The notes: generated by a model not told the origin, from the letters alone. Positions 8,237 through 17,805 are shown, numbered from the stretch's first letter. The stretch: 47,048 nucleotides of DNA from a bacterium (GCA_043718245.1 JAYSWB010000029.1:1-47048), one strand, 5' to 3'. Made by a program: numbers and translations.

Positions 8237-11200
8237 ATGTTCGAATTTGTATTAATCGTTGCCGCATTTATCATTCTTTTAATGAAGATTCACAAAGTAG
8301 AAGACCGTATTGGTACTCTAGAGAAAAGAGGATCTTCGCAAGTTAGCCCTGTAACAGTTCAAATACCAACACCACAACAATCCCCAATCATTCCTGTTCC
8401 TCCTCCAATCAATAATGAAGAAGAATGGGGAAGGGTTCTCGGTGTTGCTGGAGTAGTTGCGGTAATTCTAGGAGTCTCATTTTTCCTAAAATACGCCTTT
8501 GCGAATAATATTATCGGGGTAACAGGTAGAGTGATTATCGGAATCATCGCAGGTATCGCATTCATTTCCGCTGGACAATATCTGCGTGAAAAATACAGAG
8601 CGTATTCGAACATTCTTATTGGTTGTGGTATCGGATTATTGTACCTTACAACATTTGCTAGTTTTGCTTTCTATAACCTCATTTCAAGTCCAGTGGCGTA
8701 CGGCCTCCTTATTGGTATTTCGGCTCTTTCTGTTGTTCTCAGTATTGTAGATAAAGCCATAGTTTTGGCCATGATCGGAGTGATTGGTGGTTTTTTGACA
8801 CCGGTATTTATGACTCTTTCAAACGCATCGCTATCTCAGGTTTTGACCTATGTTTTGATTTTAAATGTCGGAGTGATGGTTGTTGCATACGTTTACAAAT
8901 GGAGGAAGCTGACAGCGACAGCTTTCGCGGGTACTTGGCTTCTCGTCTTTATGTGTTTCATGAATCTATATGAAAAAACCGACAGGGTAGAAATGGCAAT
9001 GTTCCTGTTTTTATACTTTGCTGTTTTCCTTTTGTCGTCGCTTTTCCACCATGTTATTCGAAAAGAAATGTCAGACTATACGGACCTTGCGATTATTGTT
9101 GTGAATGGGCTTGGTTACACAGCTGTCACGTATACATTATTATACGAGCCTTTCAAAAACTTTATGGGGTTCTTTATGATATTGATGGCGCTCTTATACT
9201 TTGCAATTGCTTTATTGTCATTCAAGACCAACAAAGAGAACAAATTACTAAATATGTTTTTACCAGCCATGGCAGCTTTATTTTTGACGCTCGCAATTCC
9301 TGCACAATTAGACGGCCCATGGATTGCACTCGCGTGGTTTGTTGAGGCGATCCTTATGTACATGCTTGACTATAGCTTGAAAGGTAAGAATTTGTACTCT
9401 TATGGGGTTATTGTTTTTGTGGTTAGTGCAATATATACATTCATAAGATACGTTGACAGTGCGGTTTATGGGAAATCATTCAACTTTTTGTGGAACGAAA
9501 GGTTCTTTATCTTCTTGGTTGGAATCGTCACTGCTTATCTTTTGGCTTTTATCATAAGTAAAGCCGTAAAAGATGGAATGGATCTTACAGAGGGCACAAA
9601 AAGCTTGATGGTTGTTTACTTTGTCGTAGCCCAAGTTGCGAGTATTTTTATTCTTACTTCTGAAATCTCACAACTGTACTCTAGCAAAGTCTATGCTAAG
9701 ACAGAGGTGCTAAATAAAGAAATTGTACAATTGCAGCAGAATTATTATTCGGTCAATACTTATAATAATGTGAATGCAATGACCGACGCTCAAATTGCGG
9801 ACTATCAAAACACTCTAGCGGAAAAAAGCCAGGAACTTTCAAAGGTTACACAAAGTAATTCAAACGAGAGAAATACTGTTATCGATATAGTTTGGATTTT
9901 GTATGCCCTGATCTCTATCGCGATTGGATTTTCTGCAAAGAGTAAATGGTTTAGGACTACAGGATTGGTTTTGATGGCGATTACGGCTGTAAAGATATTC
10001 GTAGATGTTTGGGATTTAGGGCCGGTGTATAGGATAGTCACTTCATTAGTTTTCGGTATTATTGCGCTTGTGGCTTCATTTATTTATGCTAAATATAAAG
10101 ACAAGTTGAAAGTAGGAGCCGTTACACTCATGTTGATTGGAGTCCTTTCTTTCCCGGGATTTACTTTTGCCGCTACAGATAGGGAGCTTGTTGAGGCGTC
10201 ACCATATCGTGCTGAAATAAGTTCAGCATCGATGATTCAAGGACGTCCAACACGCCTAGCTCTTCCCGCCGAAGTACAAGAGAAAAGTAATATATCAGAT
10301 ATCAGGGTGTTTACAGGGATAGGTGCTCAGGTGCCGTACACTTTGAATTACTCTTCGTTCTCTGAAAAGCAAGAAGTTGTTAATTTAGATGTAAAAAACT
10401 TGTCAGTCAGAAACGGCCAACTTGAATTTTTACTTGATAATAAGGAGCAACTATCCTTAACGCATAATTCAATCAATTTCTTAAACACATCATCGCAGAC
10501 AAATTTTCGCTACATTATAAGAGTTTACGGCTCAGATGTTTCAATCTCTATCGATAGTAATAATTGGAGAGAATTGACTTTGGATACTAAACCTCAGTAT
10601 GTTTTTAATTTTTACGACACAATGACTGGGAGGTCTGTTTCAAATTATTCCATTTCTTATGAACCAAGTAGTACCAAATTTTTGAAAATAATTTTAATAC
10701 CGTTTGACAAAAACTTGGCTTTAGAGAGCGACGTAAACTTTAACAACAATCTTTTCGAGTTTAAGCCAAAGAATGTTATGGTCGGAGGCGTAATTACTCA
10801 ACAGGCTTTAGTTTCCGGTCTTAAAGAGAGTCCTATTTCAATGGATACCAAAATTGTCCAGAATGAAAAAAATCAAACAACTGAAATTTACGTTGATTTT
10901 AAAGATAAGGGTGTTTTGGTGAATGGGATTGACCTCGTCGGATCTTCTTTGAACTTTTATCGAAACGTTAGCGTTCAGGTCAAGAATGACGTTGTAGCAG
11001 AAGGTGTAAACAATTATCAAAAGTTTATTCCAAGCCATAACGGAGAATGGTACCCACTGGGTAATGTAAACAGTATCTATTCTTTTACAAAAGAGGATGG
11101 TACTAAATTGGAAAGTCTACGCATAAACTTTCCAATGACCAAAGCGTCTCATTACAAAATTGTTATTGATAATCAGGACAATCAACCTTTATCATTAGAG

Positions 11201-11527
11201 CCAAAAGTAATATTCAATGCTCCTGTTGCTGTGTTGACATTTATTCCGAGAAGTCAGGGTCCTTTTTACTTGTATTTTGGAGGAAATCTAAGTGCACCAG
11301 TATATGATATTGACTCAGTTCTAGAGAATACTTCACTAAAACAAAAAGATATTTCAACTGTTGTTGTATCCAGCGTGCTTTCTAATCCAGAATATAAGCC
11401 AATTGTCCCTGTCATACCCTTTAGTGAAAAATATGCATGGCTTCTAAATGTAGTGTTGGTATTACTAGTTGCCTTTATCGCGCTTCTAATTGTTTCGTAT
11501 GTAAGGAAAGTGAGGAAATTGTCTTAG
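8237..11527 (+). CDS. large polytopic membrane protein, DUF2339-like N-terminal region plus extracytoplasmic C-terminal domain and terminal TM anchor
   Basis: 1096-aa ORF. After an N-terminal helix comes EEWGRVLGVAGVVAVILGVSFFLKYAF, then many TM helices. Residues about 640-1060 are soluble. The C-terminus is a TM segment (LLNVVLVLLVAFIALLIVSYV). Confidence 0.6.
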   Translation: MFEFVLIVAAFIILLMKIHKVEDRIGTLEKRGSSQVSPVTVQIPTPQQSPIIPVPPPINNEEEWGRVLGVAGVVAVILGVSFFLKYAFANNIIGVTGRVIIGIIAGIAFISAGQYLREKYRAYSNILIGCGIGLLYLTTFASFAFYNLISSPVAYGLLIGISALSVVLSIVDKAIVLAMIGVIGGFLTPVFMTLSNASLSQVLTYVLILNVGVMVVAYVYKWRKLTATAFAGTWLLVFMCFMNLYEKTDRVEMAMFLFLYFAVFLLSSLFHHVIRKEMSDYTDLAIIVVNGLGYTAVTYTLLYEPFKNFMGFFMILMALLYFAIALLSFKTNKENKLLNMFLPAMAALFLTLAIPAQLDGPWIALAWFVEAILMYMLDYSLKGKNLYSYGVIVFVVSAIYTFIRYVDSAVYGKSFNFLWNERFFIFLVGIVTAYLLAFIISKAVKDGMDLTEGTKSLMVVYFVVAQVASIFILTSEISQLYSSKVYAKTEVLNKEIVQLQQNYYSVNTYNNVNAMTDAQIADYQNTLAEKSQELSKVTQSNSNERNTVIDIVWILYALISIAIGFSAKSKWFRTTGLVLMAITAVKIFVDVWDLGPVYRIVTSLVFGIIALVASFIYAKYKDKLKVGAVTLMLIGVLSFPGFTFAATDRELVEASPYRAEISSASMIQGRPTRLALPAEVQEKSNISDIRVFTGIGAQVPYTLNYSSFSEKQEVVNLDVKNLSVRNGQLEFLLDNKEQLSLTHNSINFLNTSSQTNFRYIIRVYGSDVSISIDSNNWRELTLDTKPQYVFNFYDTMTGRSVSNYSISYEPSSTKFLKIILIPFDKNLALESDVNFNNNLFEFKPKNVMVGGVITQQALVSGLKESPISMDTKIVQNEKNQTTEIYVDFKDKGVLVNGIDLVGSSLNFYRNVSVQVKNDVVAEGVNNYQKFIPSHNGEWYPLGNVNSIYSFTKEDGTKLESLRINFPMTKASHYKIVIDNQDNQPLSLEPKVIFNAPVAVLTFIPRSQGPFYLYFGGNLSAPVYDIDSVLENTSLKQKDISTVVVSSVLSNPEYKPIVPVIPFSEKYAWLLNVVLVLLVAFIALLIVSYVRKVRKLS

Positions 11528-12345
11528 CGTAAAAGATTTACGGATGAAGTTCCTACTGATGGAACTGGAACAGGAACTACAGCTTCGGTCTGAGTGTTTA
11601 CAGCATCTTCATCTTTTTTATCGATAAGTATCTTGCTTGATGTCGCAAGACTGCTTTCTAGTAGCGAGCGTTCCTTTGTAAAATCAAGTATATCTTTCTC
11701 AATCTTTTCAAGGGTCTTTAATAAAGGTAATTTTTTATCCTTGGTAATATTTTCCAAGTTCTTCTTGCGATCAATTAAAGAATTTTCCAAGTCTGAACTG
11801 ATTATTATTGCAGCATCTATCCGGCCTTCCTCTTTAAGTTTTAAGATATTATCTCTGACCCGTTTTGATTGCGCGTCCAAGATTGTATTAAAAAATTCAT
11901 CTTTCGAGTCGTCTATTTTTCCTTTGATCGTTAACTTTTCAATTTCATCAATGCGAACAACAGTATGTTTTACAGCAATTCTGGCCTTTGCTTCGGTGCC
12001 TCTCGCGAGAGCAATTTCAAGTTTTTCATTGACATTAATTTTTATAGGATAAAGCAAGTCTCCGGGAAGGGAATTGCCAGCAGCATATGCAGTAACACTT
12101 CCTCCAAATATTAATATTAGAGTTAAAACAACAACTACTAATTGGCGTGATTTTACAAATGGGCTTGTAAATAAGAACTTAGATTTAACTGATCCATGCT
12201 TTTCAATAAAGTTCTTTAAAAATAATGCTCCCTCTGTTTTTTCTTCGTGGGACAGAGAATTTTCCTTTGCTATAGAGAAAAGCTCATGAATCTCCTCATG
12301 TATTTCGTGGTCATGTATTTTGTTGTTTTGGTTGTTTTTATACAT
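11524..12345 (-). CDS. putative anti-sigma factor / DUF5667-like membrane protein
   Basis: Its start overlaps the stop of the ECF sigma gene by 8 nt. Single TM segment (LVVVVLTLILIFGG) followed by LPGDLLYPIK and a helical domain. Confidence 0.5.
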   Translation of the reverse strand: MYKNNQNNKIHDHEIHEEIHELFSIAKENSLSHEEKTEGALFLKNFIEKHGSVKSKFLFTSPFVKSRQLVVVVLTLILIFGGSVTAYAAGNSLPGDLLYPIKINVNEKLEIALARGTEAKARIAVKHTVVRIDEIEKLTIKGKIDDSKDEFFNTILDAQSKRVRDNILKLKEEGRIDAAIIISSDLENSLIDRKKNLENITKDKKLPLLKTLEKIEKDILDFTKERSLLESSLATSSKILIDKKDEDAVNTQTEAVVPVPVPSVGTSSVNLLR

Positions 12346-12916
12346 TTTCTTTATTAAAAAGTTTCTTTAGTATCGAAATCCCTCTGTGGACCCTTACCGA
12401 CACAGTGTTTTCGGAGGCTCCTGTTATTTTGGCCATTTCGTCTAATTCTAAACCTTGTACATATCTCATGAACACTGCCTCGGCATAGGGTTCTTGAATC
12501 TTTGAGATAAGTCTTAAAGCTTTGCCCCCATCTATTTGATCCGTCATTGATGAACCTTCGTCGATAGAAATCTCAAACCCCTCATTCTGGAGAACATCTA
12601 GGGATTGTGCCACCCCACGCCTACCACGTCTTCGGTACTCATCAATAATCAAGTTTCCGGCTATCTTGTAAAGAACTGCCTTCAGGCTTTTAACCTCTAC
12701 GTCTTTTTTACACATGAGTACCCAAGTTTTTGCAAAAGTTTCCTGCATAAAATCCTTAGCCATCTCTCGATCACTCAATTTGAAAAGACAGAATCGGAAG
12801 ATGTGATCCGAATAGGTTTTGTATGCCTCTAGAAACGTATTTTGTGCTTTCTCCATATATAAAGACGAAGAAGGGGAGGTTTGGTTGCTGATGGAACTAC
12901 CCTTCTCGGGGTCCAT
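12338..12916 (-). CDS. RNA polymerase sigma factor, ECF (sigma-70 family)
   Basis: Region 2 (FRFCLFKL.D...A.D..QETF.K.W, IIDEYRRRGRR) and region 4 HTH (FMRYVQGLELDEMAKITGASENTVSVRVHRG). Confidence 0.85.
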   Translation of the reverse strand: MDPEKGSSISNQTSPSSSLYMEKAQNTFLEAYKTYSDHIFRFCLFKLSDREMAKDFMQETFAKTWVLMCKKDVEVKSLKAVLYKIAGNLIIDEYRRRGRRGVAQSLDVLQNEGFEISIDEGSSMTDQIDGGKALRLISKIQEPYAEAVFMRYVQGLELDEMAKITGASENTVSVRVHRGISILKKLFNKENV

Positions 12917-12960
12917 CTTAAACTGCTTATTTGTACATGTCTACTGGTGGGTAGGGGTTT

Positions 12961-13224
12961 TTAAGAGTATAGCTCGCTGTGTGTGCCAATTTCTAGAATA
13001 TGGTAGAGATTGTCTGAAACCTTTCTATAAATAAGGCGAATATCAGGTGTGATGTTTATACTTCGGCAATTAGCGTATTCCCCGTGAAGTTTATGATTAT
13101 TTAGAACATGATTAAATTCATCATTTCTAAAAAGATTCACCCTTTGTTTAAGGATTAATAGAATCTTTAGGTCAAGTTTTTTAATCCTTTTCTTGGCCCT
13201 GTTAGATGTAATAATTATTTTCAT
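12961..13224 (-). CDS. type II toxin, YafQ/RelE superfamily
   Basis: HKLHGEYANCRSINITPDIRLIYRKV...LEIGTHSELY matches the YafQ-type H.L.G...R...I.PD..LIY....GTHS.L pattern. Lies 6 nt downstream of the antitoxin gene. Confidence 0.75.
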   Translation of the reverse strand: MKIIITSNRAKKRIKKLDLKILLILKQRVNLFRNDEFNHVLNNHKLHGEYANCRSINITPDIRLIYRKVSDNLYHILEIGTHSELYS

Positions 13225-13230
13225 AGGATC

Positions 13231-13500
13231 TTAAACTCCAAGTTCATCAAAAAGTTCACTTATATCCTTATACGGTTTTAATTTTCCAGAAGCAAACTCT
13301 CTTTCGGCCTCAGCAATAGAACCTCTCAAATATTTTGAAGGTTTAAGTGGAATAGAAAGATTAATTTCTTTGTCACGAACAAACTGTCGCAGTAGGGCAT
13401 TAATAATGGTTCCCAAGGGTATTCCTAAAGCCTCCGCGGTCTTTTTAGCCTCTTGTTTTTGTTTTGGATCTATTTTAATACTAAGCATGGTTTTCTTCAT
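13231..13500 (-). CDS. type II antitoxin, RelB/DinJ family
   Basis: The N-terminal ribbon-helix-helix-like segment LSIKIDPKQKQEAKKTAEALGIPLGTIINALLRQFV is typical of DinJ/RelB. It is paired with the toxin. Confidence 0.75.
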   Translation of the reverse strand: MKKTMLSIKIDPKQKQEAKKTAEALGIPLGTIINALLRQFVRDKEINLSIPLKPSKYLRGSIAEAEREFASGKLKPYKDISELFDELGV

Positions 13501-13534
13501 ATCCGAAGTATATACTTTGGATATGTAGTGTCAA
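13501..13534 (-). promoter_or_regulatory. candidate sigma-70 promoter with overlapping palindromic operator of the TA operon
   Basis: Minus strand reads TTGACA-16 nt-TATACT-tcggat-ATG. A 22-bp near-perfect palindrome ATCCGAAGTATATACTTTGGAT (13501..13522) covers the -10 element and abuts the start codon. Confidence 0.45.
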
Positions 13535-13577
13535 TGTAACATGTTGAGATGAAATAAAAATAAAAAAGTTCTGAAGA

Positions 13578-13625
13578 AACACAAAGCCCGCCATCACTAC
13601 GACAGGGGCTCGTGTGATGGCGGGC
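13578..13625 (-). terminator. rho-independent terminator of the 13627..13989 gene
   Basis: 12-bp stem GCCCGCCATCAC...GTGATGGCGGGC, followed on the minus strand by TTTGTGTTT. Confidence 0.7.
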
Positions 13626-13626
13626 G

Positions 13627-13989
13627 CTAGGCTGCTTTTGTAATCAGCTCTCCCTCGACTGATAGCAGGCAATTTTTCAAGGGGGGAACATCATCCGAAG
13701 TCACCCCGTGAAGCATTTCGCAACATTCTCTACAGCCAAAGAAGGGAATTACCGATCCGTGGATGTTGCGAAGGGCCAAGTCTACTGCAGGATTCCTACA
13801 TTTATCGATCCAGCACATGTAGCCGTCTGGAAACTGGGGGAATTCTGGTGACAGGCTATAGAACGTGTGATAGTCCGTTCCAAACAGCCTTGTGGCTAGG
13901 TCTTTGACTGTCCAGCGATCGATGGACGTTTCAAATATTGGCGTTGCATTCATTGGTGTTTTTTGTTGGTTGAGTTTGTACTTATACAT
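13627..13989 (-). CDS. hypothetical Cys-rich protein (higher-G+C cassette)
   Basis: 120-aa ORF containing CWIDKC and GCRECC. About 30 of 60 G+C in a hand-counted sample. Terminator is immediately adjacent. Confidence 0.45.
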   Translation of the reverse strand: MYKYKLNQQKTPMNATPIFETSIDRWTVKDLATRLFGTDYHTFYSLSPEFPQFPDGYMCWIDKCRNPAVDLALRNIHGSVIPFFGCRECCEMLHGVTSDDVPPLKNCLLSVEGELITKAA

Positions 13990-14142
13990 ATTGAATATGT
14001 ATCTAGGGAGAAGAATATAATGGGGAAGGCAAATAAAAATAAAGAAGTTGTGAAGATTTGGTCATTACATCTTCAGGAAATCTTTATGAAAAATTCATGT
14101 GGGCTTGTTACTATTTAATGATATATACTAATAAATAAGGTC

Positions 14143-14985
14143 ATGAAAAAGAAAATTGATACAACAAAACAAATAGCAGTTTTTGAGGGAAAGGAAGTCC
14201 GTCGCGTTTGGCACAAGGAGCAATGGTATTTTGCCGTCAATGACGTAGTTCTGCTTCTTTCTGAAACCACCAACATTTCTGACTACATAAAGAAAATGAG
14301 ACAACGAGATGAGGAGCTTGGCAAAGGGTGGGGACAATTTGTCACCCCCCTTTCGATAGAAACAAAAGGAGGTATTCAAAAGGTAAATTGCGCTAATTTG
14401 TCTGGTATTTTCCGAATTATCCAGTCCATCCCTTCACCAAAAGCCGAACCTTTCAAACAGTGGCTGGCAAAAGTCGGACAGGAACGTATAGAGGAAATAC
14501 AAGATCCTGAAAGGGCTGTGTTGAGAGCCAAGAAGATATATGAGCAAAAGGGTCATGACGAGGACTGGATTGCCAAGCGTATGCGAGGTATCAATGTCCG
14601 TAATACTCTTACCGATGAATGGAAAAACAGAGAAGCAAAAGAAGGGATTGAATTTGCCATTCTCACTAATGAAATATACAAAGGTACTTTTGAGATGACT
14701 GCTCAAGAAATAAAGGATTACAAAAAAATCAGAAAGCAGGATAATGCGCGAGACCATATGAATGAGCTTGAACTTATCCTCACAATGTTAGGAGAAGCGA
14801 CAACAACAGAGATTTCACGGAGCAGAGAGTCAAAAGGATTTCCCTCTCTCCGAAAAGATGCAAAAGATGGAGGTAGTGTTTCAGGTAATGCCCGCAAAGA
14901 AATTGAAAGTAAGACAGGGAAGAGGGTGGCAACCCGTGAAAACTTTTTAGATAAAAGTAAAAAGTTGCTAAATAAGAAAAAGTGA
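14143..14985 (+). CDS. Bro-N domain protein (DinD / phage antirepressor-like)
   Basis: The N-terminus (IAVFEGKEVRRVW...WYFAVNDVV..L...N...YIKKM) and KAEPFKQWLAKVGQERIEE resemble the BRO/DinD family as I recall it. Confidence 0.6.
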   Translation: MKKKIDTTKQIAVFEGKEVRRVWHKEQWYFAVNDVVLLLSETTNISDYIKKMRQRDEELGKGWGQFVTPLSIETKGGIQKVNCANLSGIFRIIQSIPSPKAEPFKQWLAKVGQERIEEIQDPERAVLRAKKIYEQKGHDEDWIAKRMRGINVRNTLTDEWKNREAKEGIEFAILTNEIYKGTFEMTAQEIKDYKKIRKQDNARDHMNELELILTMLGEATTTEISRSRESKGFPSLRKDAKDGGSVSGNARKEIESKTGKRVATRENFLDKSKKLLNKKK

Positions 14986-15123
14986 ATGCATTAATCATTG
15001 AAAGAGAAAAGCCACCCTTTCACAGGTGGCCATTCTCGACTGGCGGGGGGTATTAGACGAAGTTAGAACCTCTTTAATGATGTCAGATTATACTAAATTC
15101 AATATCGTGAACACTTGGTAGGG

Positions 15124-15810
15124 TTACTTACTCAATTTAAAAATAATAAAATCTTTAATCTTGTTTCCGTTCAGTTCATATTCAGGGGTATAGATTTTAT
15201 CTACAACCTTTAACCCAGCTTCCTCAAATGCTTGCTGATACCATTCAATCGGTCTGTGGGTCTCTATAATCTCATAACCCCCTTCTTTCTTTACCTTTTT
15301 GTAGTTGTGATTGGTTTCGTACGCATCTCCAGTTGGAAAGCGAAAATCCAGTTGAGACTCTGCGACTTGGAAGATTTTTGGATTACAGAAACCACTGTAT
15401 ATGAAACCGCCTTCTTTCAGTTCATTTTTTATATTTTCAATTATATTTCGCACTTCTGTTTCTGGAACAATACAAAGCACAAGGTTGCAAATTATAATAT
15501 CAAAGTGGTTTTGAGGAATTTCTTCTGGCGTTGAGTAGATGTTTTCACCTCCTATTTTAGCTCCCGATTTCTCTCGCATTTCAGGGCTATTGTCATAGAC
15601 TTTAATATTACCGCCAAGTTTTTGAATAGCTAAAGCGAGAACACCTGGCCCTGCTCCGTAATCCAATACTTCCTTACCTCTTACATCACCCAAAGCAGGA
15701 ATAAGAGTATGGTCATAGGAAGCAAGTTTCAGATTTTCTGCATCAAGCTCTTGGGCCACTACACCCCATTCTTTTTGGTCAGCTACAATTTTTGTGTTTT
15801 GGTCGGCCAT
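15124..15810 (-). CDS. class I SAM-dependent methyltransferase
   Basis: Motif I VLDYGAGPGVLA, a post-I acidic residue (VYDNS), and motif IV-like IIICNLVL. Confidence 0.8.
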   Translation of the reverse strand: MADQNTKIVADQKEWGVVAQELDAENLKLASYDHTLIPALGDVRGKEVLDYGAGPGVLALAIQKLGGNIKVYDNSPEMREKSGAKIGGENIYSTPEEIPQNHFDIIICNLVLCIVPETEVRNIIENIKNELKEGGFIYSGFCNPKIFQVAESQLDFRFPTGDAYETNHNYKKVKKEGGYEIIETHRPIEWYQQAFEEAGLKVVDKIYTPEYELNGNKIKDFIIFKLSK

Positions 15811-15816
15811 AAGGTT

Positions 15817-17115
15817 TTAAGAAAATATGATACTTAGCAATAAAAGAATTGTTGAGCCTGCAAGATATATATTTACATCTCTCCATTTGCCACGAAGTAC
15901 GGATAGAACTACGAATGTTGCAAAGCCCGCAAACATTGCTTTATCAAGTCCGAAAGTCCATATTGTTACAACAACCATCACCAATACAGCGAGAATGTCT
16001 GTCCAAGTGTATGACTGCAAATCCTTCTTTCCTGGGAATAGTGTCAAACCTACGAAAAATAGTGCCCCTGTTGTTGCCACAACTGGTATAAGGTTAATTA
16101 GGGGTATTAGGAATAGGAAAAGTGACATTAAAACAGCTACAACGACTGCTACAAGCCCTGTGCGTCCTCCTTCTCCAATACCAACTGCACTTTCTACATA
16201 AGTGATTAGGTTTGAAGTCCCTGTAACTGCTCCGAGAACCGTACCTCCACCGTCTACAATCAATCCCTCTTTGAGTCGTGGTAATTCTCCATTTTCATTA
16301 ACGATAGAAGTATTTCTGGTAAGACCAATGAATTTTGCGATACTTCCATAAAAATCAAGGATGAAAAGCACCAGAATAACTGACCAGATTTTTGGGTTTA
16401 AGATAATTTTAAAATCCAAAGCAAACAAACCAGAAAACATATCTTTTGAGAAGTGTATCGGGTCTATTGGCTGACCTACTCCTATAAAATGTGCGGCTAT
16501 TGATGCTCCGATAATACTTAAAAGCACCGAACCTTTTACTTTTAGAGATTTGAGAATTAGAACAAGTGCCAAGCCAATGTAAAAGATTATTGCTTCGTGT
16601 GATGCAAGCAAGCCAAGACCTTTAACTTTAATGCCTTCATACGCAAGCATTCCGCTTACTTTTAGGGCGATGAGCATAAGAAACACACCAACGGAAGCGG
16701 CTAAACCAGACTTTAATTTATCTGGTATGGCTTTTACTATATTTACTCGCAAAGAAGTGTAACTTAAAAGTACCGTAAGAACACCAGACCAAAAGACTGC
16801 TCCAAGTGCTCCTTGCCAAGTAAAACCAAGCACTCCAACAACTACATATGCGACATATGCATTCATTTCAAGTCCTGGTGCAACCGCAAAAGGGAGTCGT
16901 GCCCATAGTCCCATAACGAGAGTAGCAATGACAGAACCCACGATGGTCGCAAAGAATATAGCACTTGTGCTTAAACCCATCGCAGAGAGGATGGCTGGAT
17001 TAACTACGAAGATGTAAGAGAGAGCAAGAAAAGTTGAAATACCTGCAAAGACTTCTGTTTTGACTGTTGACCCTCGTTTACTTATCCCGAAAAACTCATT
17101 TATTTTGGCGTTCAT
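15817..17115 (-). CDS. NCS2 family purine (adenine/guanine/hypoxanthine) permease
   Basis: FFGISKRGSTVKTEVFAGISTFLALSYIFVVNPAILS is the AzgA/PbuG-type N-terminal signature. About 12 TM segments. Confidence 0.85.
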   Translation of the reverse strand: MNAKINEFFGISKRGSTVKTEVFAGISTFLALSYIFVVNPAILSAMGLSTSAIFFATIVGSVIATLVMGLWARLPFAVAPGLEMNAYVAYVVVGVLGFTWQGALGAVFWSGVLTVLLSYTSLRVNIVKAIPDKLKSGLAASVGVFLMLIALKVSGMLAYEGIKVKGLGLLASHEAIIFYIGLALVLILKSLKVKGSVLLSIIGASIAAHFIGVGQPIDPIHFSKDMFSGLFALDFKIILNPKIWSVILVLFILDFYGSIAKFIGLTRNTSIVNENGELPRLKEGLIVDGGGTVLGAVTGTSNLITYVESAVGIGEGGRTGLVAVVVAVLMSLFLFLIPLINLIPVVATTGALFFVGLTLFPGKKDLQSYTWTDILAVLVMVVVTIWTFGLDKAMFAGFATFVVLSVLRGKWRDVNIYLAGSTILLLLSIIFS

Positions 17116-17415
17116 TATGTTTTATTAAATTATAAATTAAGTCAATCTTAACACTGGGAGATAAGAAAATCTATAGAACCAGTGGTGGTATTGTCAGATA
17201 TTAGCTGCTTGTGGCAACCTGTACAGGGATGTTCATTGCCCCATTTAGGTAGATAATTTACCCACAAATATTTGACATATATCAGTATTCGTGATATACT
17301 TACTTAGTAAAGTACCTTTAATAATTTTGGGCTTGGAATTGAAAGCTTTGATTGCCGTGCTAGCATCCGCTAAGCGAATTAGAACTTTCTGACCAAACCC
17401 AAAAACCATTACCTT

Positions 17416-17805
17416 ATGAACCTACTCGTCATTGACAGTAATCGTCTCCTTAACCGTTTCCTGACTACTTACCTTCGTGGTAAGGGCCACCAGGCATCCA
17501 GCCTTGATGACGGCTCCAAAGCCCTTATAACCCTAGATGCCGCGAATCCGAAGTTCGATGCGGTCATCGTTAGTGCCGAAGATGTCGGCCCATTCAAAGG
17601 GAAGGCTACTATGGCGACTATCCGTCAATCGTATCCCAGCCTTACCATCGTCGCATTCGGCGGAATCGGTTACGAGGAAGAGGCGATGCAGGAGGCACGC
17701 AAAGCTGGTGCAAACGGCTTCGTCAGCAAAGGCCTCGGCCCATCGGAGATTTACCGCGCCTTGTTCCAGGTTCTGCAGGAAGCTGCCGTGCCTGCCAAGG
17801 AATAA
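17416..17805 (+). CDS. stand-alone CheY-like receiver domain protein, apparently degenerate (higher-G+C cassette)
   Basis: Alternating beta/alpha pattern LLVIDSN...DAVIVS...LTIVAFGG...GFVSKGL. In my hand alignment to CheY the phospho-acceptor Asp aligns to Ser. Confidence 0.6.
   Translation: MNLLVIDSNRLLNRFLTTYLRGKGHQASSLDDGSKALITLDAANPKFDAVIVSAEDVGPFKGKATMATIRQSYPSLTIVAFGGIGYEEEAMQEARKAGANGFVSKGLGPSEIYRALFQVLQEAAVPAKE

Noticed and set aside
13481-13672. 63-aa minus-strand ORF
   Set aside because: It spans the TA promoter/operator and the GC-rich terminator hairpin, and overlaps two better-supported genes.
15055-15070. Shared motif TAGA(C/G)GAAGTTAGAAC at 15055..15070 and 39328..39345, with a weaker copy GAATTAGAAC near 17377, as possible att sites or repeats
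   Set aside because: The exact match is only 11 nt, with loosely similar flanks. Matches of this length are expected by chance in 47 kb of AT-rich DNA. No consistent flanking structure.
17116-17415. Purine riboswitch in the 300-nt leader region upstream of the NCS2 purine permease
   Set aside because: The reverse complement shows none of the conserved purine-riboswitch loop and junction sequences I know. I saw only a 10-bp palindrome, CCTGTACAGG.
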